Source: Squalus acanthias
Lineage: Eukaryota
Direction: 5' to 3'
NCBI GenBank assembly: GCA_030390025.1
Contig: JASTWF010000033.1
Span: 6,016,001 to 6,080,000 of the forward strand
Length of the DNA: 64,000 bases
Shown here: one piece after another, positions 42,001 to 53,537 of the stretch
How the letters are laid out: each line of letters begins with the position of its first letter
How positions within the stretch are numbered: the first letter of the stretch is position 1
The notes under the pieces: generated by a model
Seen by the model: only the letters and a program-made list of their open reading frames with translations
What the model was told of the DNA's origin: nothing
Database searches by the model: none
Made by a program: the position numbers and the translations under genes

Positions 42001-42700
42001 CCTGATACAGTGTGAAACCCCAAACACACACCTGGCAGGATCCCGATACACTGTGAAACCCGATACACACCTGGCAGGATCCTGATACACTGTGAAACCC
42101 CAGACACACCTGGCAGTACCCTGATACACTATGAAACCACAAACACACCAGGCAGGATCGTGATACACTGTGAAACCCCATACACACCTGGCAGGATCCT
42201 GATACACTGTGAAACCCCATACACACCTGGCAGGATCCTGATACACTGTGAAACCCCATACACATCTGGCAGGATCCTGATACACTGTGAAACCCCATAC
42301 ACACCTGGCAGGATCCTGAGACACTGTGAAACCCCAGAGACACCTGCAGGATTCTGATACACTGAAACCCCATACACACCTGGCAGGATCCTGATACACT
42401 GTGAAACCCCACACACACCTGGCAGGATCCTGATACACTGTGAAACCCCATACACACCTGGCAGAATCCTGATACACTGTGAAACCCCATACACACCAGG
42501 CAGGATCCTGATACACTGTGAAACCCCATACACACCTGACAGGATCCAGATACACTGTGAAACCCCATACACTCCTGGCAGGATCCTGATACACTGTGAA
42601 ACCCCATACACACCTGACAGGATCCTGTTACACTGTGAAACCCCATACACACCTGGCAGGATCTTGAAATACTGTGAAACCCCATACACACCTGGCAGGA

Positions 42701-43200
42701 NNNNNNNNNNNNNNNNNNNNNNNNNNNNNNNNNNNNNNNNNNNNNNNNNNNNNNNNNNNNNNNNNNNNNNNNNNNNNNNNNNNNNNNNNNNNNNNNNNNN
42801 NNNNNNNNNNNNNNNNNNNNNNNNNNNNNNNNNNNNNNNNNNNNNNNNNNNNNNNNNNNNNNNNNNNNNNNNNNNNNNNNNNNNNNNNNNNNNNNNNNNN
42901 NNNNNNNNNNNNNNNNNNNNNNNNNNNNNNNNNNNNNNNNNNNNNNNNNNNNNNNNNNNNNNNNNNNNNNNNNNNNNNNNNNNNNNNNNNNNNNNNNNNN
43001 NNNNNNNNNNNNNNNNNNNNNNNNNNNNNNNNNNNNNNNNNNNNNNNNNNNNNNNNNNNNNNNNNNNNNNNNNNNNNNNNNNNNNNNNNNNNNNNNNNNN
43101 NNNNNNNNNNNNNNNNNNNNNNNNNNNNNNNNNNNNNNNNNNNNNNNNNNNNNNNNNNNNNNNNNNNNNNNNNNNNNNNNNNNNNNNNNNNNNNNNNNNN
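42701..43200. other. Assembly gap, 500 N
   Basis: Run of N of round length. Confidence 1.
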
Positions 43201-45130
43201 CTCTGACTTTATATTTGACTAGGCCATGTCACTGTTTATATTACAGTAGGACCTGTTTCAGTTATTAATGTATTAGACCCTCTCACTCTTTAAATTACAC
43301 TAGACCCTGTCTCTGTTTATATTACACTAGACCCTGTCTCTGTTTATATTACACTGGACACTGTCTCTGTTTATATTACACTAGACCCTGTCTCTTTTTA
43401 TATTACACTAGACCCTGTCTCTGTTTATATTACACTAGACCCTGTCTCTGGTTATATTACAATAGGCCCTGTCTCTGTTATATATCACTGGACCCTGTCT
43501 CTCTTTATATTACACTCAACCCTGTCTCTGTTTATATTACAATGGACCCTGTCTATGTTTATATTACACTAGACCCTGTCTCTGTTTATATTACACTAGA
43601 CCCTGTCTCTGTTTATATTACACAACACCCTGTCTCAGATAATATTAAAATAGGCCCTGTCTCTGTTATATTACACTAGACCCTGCCTCTGGTTATATTA
43701 CAATAGACCCTGTCTCTGTTTATATTACACTAGACCCTGTCTCTGTTAATATTGCACAAGACACTGTCTCAGATAATATTACAATAGGCCCTGTCTCTGT
43801 TATATTACACGAGACCCTGTCTCTGTTTATATTACACTAGACACTGTCTCAGTTTGTATTATACAAAACCTGTCTCTGTTTATATTACAATAGACCCTGT
43901 CTCTGTTTATATTACACTAGACCCTGTCTCTGTTTAGATTACACAAGACCCTGTCTCAGATAATATTAAAATAGGCCCTGTCTCTGTTATATTACACTAG
44001 ACCCTGTCTCTGTTTATTTTACACTCGACCCTGTCTCTGTTTATATTACACTAGACCCTGTCTCTGTTTATATTACACTAGACCTTGTCTCTGTTTATAT
44101 TACACTAGACGATATCTCTGTTTATATTACACTAGACCCTGTCTCTGTTAATATTGCACTGGACCTTGTCTCTGTTTATATTACACTCGACCCTGTCTCT
44201 GTTTATATTACACTGGACCCTGTCACTGTTTATATTACACTAGACCCTGTCTCTGCTTATTTTACACTTGACCCTGTCTCTTTTTATATTACACTAGATC
44301 CTGTCTCTGTTTATATTACACTAGACCCTGTCTCTGTTTATATTACACTAGATCCTGTCTCTTTTTAGATTACACTAGACCATGTCTCTGTTTATATTAT
44401 ACCGAACCCTGTCTCTGTTTATATTACAGTAGATCCTGTCTCTGTTTATATTACACTAGACCCTGTCTCTATTTATATTACACTAGACCCTGTCTCTGTT
44501 TATATTACACTAGACCCTGTCTCTGTTTATATTATACTAGACCCTGTCTCTGTTTATATTACACTAGACTATATCTCTGTTTATATTACACTAGACCCTG
44601 TCTCTCTTTATATTGCGCTGGACCTTTTCTCTGTTTATATTGCACTCGACCCTGTCTCTGTTTATATTACACTGGATCCTGTCACTGTTTATATTACACT
44701 AGACCCTGTCTCTGTTTATTTTACACTTGACCCTGTCTCTGTTTATATTACACTAGATCCTGTCTCTGTTTATATTACACTAGACCCTGTCTCTGTTTAT
44801 ATTACACTAGATCCTGTCTCTTTTTAGATTACACTAGACCATGTCTCTGTTTATATTACACCAAACCCTGTCTCTGTTTATATTACACTAGATCCTGTCT
44901 CTGTTTATATTACACCAAACCCTGTCTCTATTTATATTACACTAGACCCTGTCTCTGTTTATATTACACTAGACACTGTCTCTGTTTATATTGCGCTAGA
45001 CACTGTCTCTGTTTATTTTACACTAGACACTGCCTGTGTTTATATTACACTAGACACTGTCCCTGTTTATATTATACTAGACGCTGTCTCTGTTTATATT
45101 ACACTAGACCCTGTCTCTTTTTATATTATT
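43201..45130. repeat. 27-bp minisatellite (CTAGACCCTGTCTCTGTTTATATTACA), about 70 copies
   Basis: Visible tandem unit. Confidence 0.98.
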
Positions 45131-45134
45131 CTGG

Positions 45135-45385
45135 CCCATTGGTGGTTGTGCCTTCAGATGCCAAGGCCCTAAACTCTGGAATTCACTCACCTTTCCGTCT
45201 CTCTCCCGCTCTCCTCCTTTAAGACGCTCCTCAGAACTTATCACTTTGACCGAGCTTTTTAATCACCTCTGCTAATATCTCCTCACGTGGCTTTGTATCA
45301 AATCTTCTTTTATTTACGCTCCTGTGAAGCGCCTTGGGAGGCTTCACTAGATTAAAAGCGGTCCGTAAATGAAAGTTGTTGTTGT
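45135..45385 (+). mobile_element. L2-type LINE 3' end fragment
   Basis: GCCTTCAG...CTCTGGAATTC...TTTAAGAC...TGTGAAGCGCCTTGGGA ending in a (GTT)n tail. Confidence 0.55.
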
Positions 45386-47629
45386 TTAATCGATTTAATG
45401 TTATCAATTTTTAAACCTGGGCTACACCAACCCCTTCGCGGCAGATATGAAGCACTCATCATTTGAGCTGAAACGAGTTTTAGTCTATATCTGAAAGCCG
45501 CTGATTATCTGTTCGTAGGTGTCGAAATGTTGGTTTAGTGGGAGTCTGAATAATAACAATCGTGAATTACATGGGTGGCGTAATTTTAAACTGGGGAGGA
45601 CTGGGATCAGAAACCCAGACTGTGAGATTGGCGACAAGCTGACACGGATCCCTATCACTGAACAGCACGGAGATTACTGCTCGAGTAACAGACCCTTCGG
45701 CCCTTCTTGTCGGTGCTAGCCCTCTGCAACTGCAATATTCCTATTCCCAGTTCCCGCCCTGTGTCCATATGCCTTTATCCCCCTTGCTTCAAACACATAT
45801 CCAACCAATTCTTCAATGTTGGCACAGTCTCTGCTCCAATCAATAAGCAAGGACTGTATTGATACCGGACCTTTATTAACCTCAGTCATTCCAAAGCTCA
45901 TCACCACCAATGATGTACTTTTGAAGTGTAGGCCCCCTCGCCCCTTGAGTCAGACGGTTGTGAGTTCGAGCCCCGCACTCCAGAGACTCGATCCCCATTA
46001 TCCGGGGCTGACATGCCCGATGCCAATACATGATTCGATTGGGAATGATGAAAGTCTGGAGAATCATTGCTAGATTTAGAAACGTCAATCAATTCGGAGT
46101 AATAACATTGTTGGGAATAATTGACATTTCGAGAAACATCAATCGATTGCAAGCTGTCCATCGTTTCAGAAAGTGGATAGTTGGGGAACTACCAGTAGCT
46201 TGATAACCTCAATAGTTTGAGAAACATCTATTGTTTGGAAAACACAATGAAGGAGGAAAGTATTGAGAAATATCATTTGTTTAGTAATATGATGGCCTGG
46301 AAAATACAGTGGTCCGGAGTTCTCCGACCGTCCATCTGTCGCTACTGCTGTTAGTTGGCGCAGAGACAGTTTGTTACTCTGGATAGTGGGATATTGAGCG
46401 GGAATGGGAACTGTGCACAATCCACAGTAATAATCCGTAGATGATGGGACAGAGCCTCTTATACAAGGGGGAGGTGGTCAAACAGGCATCAATCAACTCA
46501 GAGTCATTCTCCGAAAAACTCATCGCCAATAACGCTTCAATATTAATAACTATTTGTGAAGCGCTTTGGGACATTAAGAAAGGCTTTGAAGATTTACATT
46601 TAGCCCAGAAAATGATGTGGAAAATTAATTACCAAATATTTATAATGGCATCTTATTTCAGTGTTTATATCCCTACACCTGTTCTCCACGACGCTAAACA
46701 ATCGCACAAAAAAAGTATAAACTTCTGAGCGCTAGGATTCTTTTAACCTCATGCCATAGAGCACTGATCCTATAATCTTGTCAAAAATTGTGATTCAAAT
46801 CACCATTTTCAGAAACTTCACTGACTCAGCTTTGTGCGGCTGATGTACCATGTCCACTCTAACCATATCTCTCCATCGCGGTGACCCCTCACCACCAACC
46901 TGAGCACATCTCAGTGATGTACTGACCTCACCCGCCCAACTGGTGAACAATTCATTCAGAGTATGAATGGACTCAATAGAAAGGCTCTGGGCCGAGTGGT
47001 TAAATGGGTTAAGGCCATTTTAATTTGCGACCGCAATGTGCAAAACCCACAGGACATATTTCACTGTGGCAATGATTACAATGAATATATGGCGTTAAAT
47101 AAAGTCACAGTTCATGCTCCTTTCATCCGCGCTGTTCAGAATGGTCTGACCGCACCAGTCTGACAGAGGAGCAAGTATTTAGGTGGGGAACTGGGAAATG
47201 ATGTAACCGTTGATCTGCTATGTTCCCGATGTGGATGAAGTAATTCGGGTGAGGATATGTTGAGTTCTTTGTTGTATATGAAAGGACCACATGTCCCAAA
47301 TATTACACTTGTCTCTTCTCACCCCAGACATGTGCTCGCTTTATATCTTTGAGATCAATATTCCCCATCACCAGAGAAGGAGCATCAGTACCACATGGAC
47401 AACTTCAGGCTTCTCCAGGTGAAATTCATCTCTCTGGTTATGGATACCATAGGGATTGAAATGAAGCAGAAAATCAGGAAGGACAGAAGGCATCATACTG
47501 ATACAAATGTAAGCGGGCTGCTTCATGTCAGATAGAAGACCATCAGAAAGATGAGAATGTTGTACGGCATCATTCATGACCATCTATCCCTCCTTCCAAT
47601 CATCCATCCACCACTCCGTTCATTCATCT

Positions 47630-47740
47630 AAATATCTCCCTTTCTATCTCCCTTTCTATCTCCCTTTCTACCTCCCTTTCTATCTATCTCTCCATCTTTC
47701 TATCTATCTATCTATCTCTCTATCTATCTATCTATCTTTC
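47630..47740. repeat. CT-rich/(TCTA)n microsatellite
   Basis: TATCTCCCTTTC and TCTA repeats. Confidence 0.9.
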
Positions 47741-47992
47741 GATCAGTTTAATATTGACGTTTGTGTACATTGTGTGTGTGTTTGTAATGATACAGATAAT
47801 ACTGGTAGCATGTAGAATTCCTATATTTCCCCCCATTTATTAATTTTCAATGTTTTTAACATCAGATGGCAAACATTTGTAGATCGCTCCTGATACCACC
47901 AGGTCCTCTTTTACAGTGTCGGATGGAATTTGTAACGGGGTCAATAGGAATCTGTCTTCGAAATAAATTGTCTCTCTAACAGTCATCATAAG

Positions 47993-48489
47993 CGACACAC
48001 ATACACACATCCACCCAGTACACACACATAAACATACACCCACCCACACCCCCACACACACACCCCACACACACACATTCGCCCACCCACCCCACACATA
48101 CATACACATACACACATCCCCCCACACACAGCCCACACACACACATACCCCACACACACCCAGCCCCACACATACACACCCCATACACAATCCCACACAC
48201 ACATACATAGACCCACGCAGCCCCCACGAAACACATCCGAAACACACACACACCAACCCCACACATATACACAGACACCCACCCGCACACACTCCCACAC
48301 ACACCAACCCCACTCACACACACTCACTCACACACACAAACCCCCCTCACACACAGACACACACACACACCCACCCCCCACACAAACACCAATCCTCCAC
48401 AAACAAACATACGCACCCATACACCCACCCGACACACACACACACACCCACACTCACACACACTCACGCACACAAATACCCACACACAC
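47993..48489. repeat. Degenerate CA-rich low-complexity tract
   Basis: Almost entirely C and A. Confidence 0.95.
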
Positions 48490-48580
48490 ATAGAAACATA
48501 GAAGATAGGAGCTGGAGTAGGCCATTCGGCCCCTCGAGCCTGCTCCGCCATTTGATGAGATCATGGCTGATCATGCAAAC

Positions 48581-51520
48581 TCAGTACCCTGTACCTGCCT
48601 TCTCCCCATATCCCTTGATACCTTTAGCTTTAAGAAATATATCTAACTCATTTTTAATGACTTGGCCTCAACTACCTTCTGTGGTAGAGAATTCCACAGG
48701 TTCACCACTCTCTGGGTGAAGAAATTCTTCCTCATTTCAGTCCTAAATGGCTTACCCGTTATCCTTCGATTATGACCCCTGGTTCTGGACTCTCCGACCA
48801 TCGGGAACATTCTTCCTGAATCTAGTTTGTCCAGACCTGTCAGAATTTTATATGTTTCGATGAGATCCCCTCTCATTCTTCTATACTCCAGCGAGTATAA
48901 GCCCAATCGACCCAATCTCTCCTCATATGTCATTCCTGCCATCCCAGGTATCAGCCTTGTGAATCTTCGCTGAACTCCTTCCATGGCAAGAACATCCTTC
49001 CTCAGATAAAGCGACCAAAACTGCATACAATACTCAAAGTGTGGTCTCACCAAGGCCCTGTACAACTGCAGCAGGACATCCCTGTTCGTATACTCAAACC
49101 CTTTCGCTATGAAGACCAACATACCATTTGCCTTCTTCACCGCCTGCTGCACCTGCATGCTTACCTTCAGCGACTGGTGCACAAGGACACCCAGGTCTCG
49201 TTGCACTTCCCCTTCTCCCAATCTATTGCCATTCAGATAATAGTCTGCCTTTCTGATTTTGACACCAAATTGGATAACCTCGCATTTATCCACGTTATAT
49301 TGCATCTGCCACGCTTCTGCCCACTCACCCAACCTGTCCAAATGATCCTGGAGTTTCTCGGAATCCTCCTCGCAGCATACACTCCCACCCAGCTTTGTGC
49401 CATCTGCAAACTTGGAGATATTACATTTAGTTCCCTTATCTAGATCATTAATGTATATTGTGAATAGCTGGGGTCCAAGGACCGATCCCTGCGGTACCCC
49501 ACTAGTCACTGCTTGCCACTCGGAAAAATACCTATTAATTCCTACTCTCTGCTTTCTGTCCGCCAACCAGTTTTCTATCCAAGTCAATACCTTGCCCCCA
49601 AACCCATGTGTCTTAACTTTACACGCTAATCTCTTATGCGGGATCTTATCAATGCCTTTTGAAAGTCTAAATACACCACATCTACTGGCTCTCCCTTATC
49701 TATTTTCCCAGTTATATCCTCAAAAAATTCCAGTAGATTCGTCAAGCACGATTTACCTTTTGTAAATCCATGTTGACTTTGTCCGATCCTGTCACTGTTT
49801 TTCAAGTGCTCAGCTATTACATCCTTTATAATGGACTCTAGCATTTTCCCCACTACCGATGTCAGGCTTACCGGTCTGTAATTACCCGCTTTCTCTCTCC
49901 TACCCTTTTTGAATAGTGGAGTAACATTAGCTACCCTCCAATCCATGGGTACAGTTCCAGATTCCATCGAATGTTGGAAGATGATCAGCAATGCATCTAC
50001 TATTTCTTGGGCCACTTCCTTAAGTACGCTAGGATGTAGATTATCAGGCCCTGGGGATTTATCGGCCTTCAAACCCGTCAATTTCCCTAATGCCATTTCC
50101 CTGCAAATACTGATTTCTTTCAGTACCACCCTTTCATCAGACCGTATGTTCTCCAATATCTCTGGGAGGTTATTTGTGTCCTCCTTTGTGAAGACAGAAC
50201 CAAAATATGCATTTAATTGGTCAGCCATTTCTTTGTTCCCCATTATAACTTCCCCCGCTTCTGACTGCAAGGGACCTACAATTGATTTCACTAATCTTTT
50301 TCTCTTCACATATCTATAAAAGCACTTACAGTCAGTTTTTATGTTCCCAGCAAGCTTACTTTCATATTCTATTTCCCCTTCTTAATTAATCCCTTTGTCC
50401 TCCTTTGTTGAATCCTAAACTGCTCCCAATCCTCAGGGTTGCCGCTTTTTCGGGCCAATTCATATGCCCTCTCCTTGAATCTTATGCTATCCCTAATTTC
50501 CCTTGTTAGCCACGGTTGAGTCTCTCTTTTTGTTTTATTCTTCTGCCACACTGGGATGAACAAATTCTGTAGTTCATCCATGCAGTCTTTGAATGTTTGC
50601 CATTGCCTAGCCACCGTCAACCCCTTGAGTGACATTCCCCAATCAATCGTACCCAATTCGCGCCTCATACCATCGTAGTTTCCTTTATTTAAATTGAGGA
50701 GCCTAGTCTCTGATTCAACTACTTCACTCTCCATCCTAATGAAGAATTCTATCATGTTATGATCACTCTGACCCAAGGGGCCTCGTACAACAAGATTGCT
50801 AATTAATCCTTTCTCGTTACATAATACCCAGTCTAAGATGGCCTGATCTCTGGTTGGTTCCTCGACATATTGTTCCAGAAAACCATCCCGTAAACATTCT
50901 AGGAATTCCTCCTCCACAGTATTTTTACGAATTTGGTAAGCCCAATCTAAATGTAAATTAAAGTCACCCATGATGACTGCTGTGCCCTTACTGCATGCTT
51001 CTCTAATTTCCCTTTTAATGCCGTCCCCAACCTCCGTATTACTGTTTGGAGGTCTATATACCACTCCCACTAACGTTTTCTGCCCCTTGTTATTTCTCAG
51101 TTCTACCCATACAGATTCCACATCATCAGAGCTAATATCCTTCCTTTCAATTGTGTTAATCCCCTCTTTAACCAGCAATGCTACCCCACCTCCCTTTCTT
51201 TTTTGCCTATATTTCCTAAATATTGAATAACCCTGGATGTTGTGTTCCCAGCCTTGGCCACCCTGGAGCCATGTTTCTGTAATCCCAATCAAATCTTATT
51301 CATTTACCTGTATTTGCGCAGCTAATTCATCCACGTTGTTCCGAATGCTCCTTGCATTAAGACACAAAGCCTTCAGGCTTGTTTTTTTTAACGCTCTCAG
51401 ACCTATATGAATTATTATTTACTGTGACCATGTTTGATTTAAACCGTTGAGTTCTTTGCCTTCTACTTTTGTTTTTCTCCTTCCTGTCTTTAGCTTTTAT
51501 ACTTATTTCCCTTTCCTCTG
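48581..51520 (-). pseudogene. CR1 ORF2 (APE endonuclease + RT), disrupted
   Basis: GITETW, VVYRPP, MGDFN, SDHN (50369-51292); KSPGPD, NYRPVSL, QHGF (49626-50309); GVPQGSVLGP, KFADG (48643-49587); stops and frameshifts between pieces. Confidence 0.93.
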
Positions 51521-51553
51521 TCTCCCTGCTCAGGTTCCCAACCCCATGCCACT

Positions 51554-52504
51554 TTAGTTTAAACCCTCCCCAACAGCACTAGCAAACACTCCCCCTAGGA
51601 CATCGGTCCCGGCCCTGCCCAGGTGCAGACCGTCCCGTTTGTACTGGTCCCACCTCCCCCAGAACCGGTTCCAATGTCCAAGGAATTTGAATCCCTCCCC
51701 CTTGCAACATTCTTCTAGCCACGTATTCATTTGAAATATCCTCCTATTTCTACTCTGACTAGCATGTGGCACTGGTAGCAATCCTGAGATTACTACCTTT
51801 GAAGTCCTCTTTTTTAATTTACCTCCTAACTCCCTATATTCTGCTTTAAGGACCTCATCCCGTTTTTTACCTATATCATTGATGCCTATGTGCACCACGA
51901 CAACTGGCTGTTCGCCCTCCCCCTCCAAAGTGTTCGGTAGCCGCTCCGAGACGTCCTTGACCCTTGCACCAGGGAGCCAACACACCATCCTGGAGTCTCG
52001 ATTGCGGCCGCAGAAACGCCTATCTATTCCCCTAACAATTGAATCCCCTATCACTATAGCTCTTCCACACTTTTTCCTCCCAGCCTGTGCAGCAGAGCCA
52101 CCCATGGTGCCAGGAAGTTGGCTGCTGCCGCCTTCCCCTGATAAGTCATCCCCCCCAACAGCATCCAAAGTGGTATATCTGTTTGAGAGGGGAATGGCCA
52201 CAGGGGACCCCTGCACTACCTGCCTGCACCTCTTACTCTACCTGGTGGTCACCCATTCACTTCCTGCCTGTACACCCTTTACCTGTGGTGTGACCAACTC
52301 GCTAAACATGTTATTCACGACGTTCTCAGCGTCGCGAATGCTCCAATATGCATCCAGCCGCAGCTCCAGCGCCGCAATGATGTCCGTCAGTAGCTGCAGC
52401 TGGATACATTTCCCACACACATGGTCGTCAGGGACACAGGAAGTGTCCCTGATTTCCCACATATTGCAGGAGGAGCATATCACGGCGCCGAGCTCTGCTG
52501 CCAT
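51554..52504 (-). pseudogene. CR1 ORF1 (CxxC zinc finger + SGNH-type esterase) with one premature stop
   Basis: CSSC...CGKC in 52238-52504; same-frame 51554-52216 has IGDSIVR, HIGIND, DGLHL. Confidence 0.9.
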
Positions 52505-52644
52505 GACTTACCATTTAATTAATTAATTAATATTAAACTACTTGAATCCCACCAATTTCACTTCAATTAAATGATATACTCAAGGGCCCTTGCTTAACAG
52601 CAGTCTCCGCTAAACCACAGAGACCCTAGAAACTATAGACCACA

Positions 52645-52985
52645 GAATCATGAGGTGTATAGTCAGTGGAGAGAGAGCGAAACTGTTCCCATTGGCGGAA
52701 GGGTCGCGAACCAGAGGACACAGCTTTAAGGTGATTGGCAGAAGAACCAAAGACGACATTTGGAAAAAAAAATGATGCAACGAGTGGTTCTCATCTGGAA
52801 TGCCCTGCCTGAAAAGGTGGTGGAGACAGATTCAATCGTGGCTTTCAAAAGGGAATTGGATAAGTACGTGAAGTAAAATTATCAGGGCTATGGGGACAGG
52901 GAAGGGGAGTGGGACTAGTTGAAGTTCTCTTGCAGAGAGCTGGCACGGGCCCGACGGGCCGAATGGCCTCCTTCTATGCGGTAAA
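52645..52985 (+). mobile_element. CR1 3' end fragment
   Basis: AGAGGACACAGCTTTAAGGT...TGGAATGCCCTGCCTG...GGGCCGAATGGCCTCCTTCT. Confidence 0.8.
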
Positions 52986-53008
52986 TTTATATAATTTTAT
53001 TATTGACC

Positions 53009-53235
53009 TTTGCAATGGAATAGCACTTTAAAATGGAATAGATCTTTTCAATATAATAGCACTTTGCAATGGAATAGCAACTTGCAATGGAATAATCCTT
53101 TGCAATGAAATAGCACTTTGCAATATAATAGTCCTTTGCATTGAATAGCACTTTGCAATATAATAGTCCTTTGCCATGAAATAGCACGTTGCAATATAAT
53201 AGTCCTTTGCAATGGACTAGCACTTTGCAGTATAA
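53009..53235. repeat. Degenerate 18-19-bp tandem repeat (TTTGCAATGGAATAGCAC-like)
   Basis: About 12 units sharing a TTTGCAAT core. Confidence 0.85.
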
Positions 53236-53537
53236 TTGTGCTTTGCGGTGGACTGTGATTTAAATGGGCGCCACTTGTGTTGCAGGATAGGGTCCCGCCC
53301 CGCTGCTTTGTGCCATTGTCTGGAGCCGCTCACAGGCTGCGCTGCTGCTCACACATACCCAGGCAGGCAGCACATGGTGCAGGGAGGAAGGAAGGAAGGA
53401 ATGGCGGCTGCAGCTCGCCAGCTCGGCTCCTGTTGTGAGTGAGTGAGTCTGGAGCTCAGGACCAAAAGGAGCTCGGGGATTGGAGGGGGTGAAATGCATG
53501 TAGGGGGTGATTGATGCCCCAAGAGATGGGCATGGAG

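Larger units (their letters stand above)
12696..42700. repeat. 39-bp minisatellite (CCCCATACACACCTGGCAGGATCCTGATACACTGTGAAA), roughly 530 units, interrupted by five CR1 segments
   Basis: Visible tandem unit with 37-bp variants; segments about 12696-16115, 18401-21037, 24621-26540 and 30019-42700; runs into the gap. Confidence 0.99.
48489..52620 (-). mobile_element. Near full-length decayed CR1 LINE
   Basis: ORF1, endonuclease, RT, 3' UTR and (CATAGAAA)n tail in order; 5' boundary approximate. Confidence 0.95.

Noticed and set aside
12612..42691. Long repetitive ORFs (up to 1232 aa; GFHSVSGSCQVCM, VYQDPARCVWGFT, CETPYTPGRILIH) including a CxxC-like motif
   Set aside because: The unit is a multiple of 3 and stop-free in four frames; 37-bp variants shift frame freely, so there is no sign of coding constraint.
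12696..42700. CRISPR-like array (short repeat with internal palindrome)
   Set aside because: Head-to-tail units with no unique spacers, no cas genes, eukaryotic context.
12696..42700. Bona fide V(D)J recombination signal array
   Set aside because: Heptamer only; no nonamer at 12/23 spacing and no V, D or J segments.
42664..43222. ORFs spanning the N run
   Set aside because: Artefacts of the gap.
45930..46020. tRNA-like B-box (GTTCGAGCCC)
   Set aside because: No cloverleaf; probably a decayed tRNA-derived SINE head, too short to call.
46300..46730. Possible unique coding sequence after the gap
   Set aside because: Short ORFs with internal stops, no recognisable domain or consistent splice structure.
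47329..47507. Exon-like segment (pyrimidine tract + CAG, GTAAGC donor)
   Set aside because: All three frames hit a stop between the splice sites and I recognise no protein; a pseudo-exon or non-coding exon cannot be excluded.
47840..48551. Cys/Val/Gly-rich minus-strand ORFs
   Set aside because: Translation of the CA-rich low-complexity tract.
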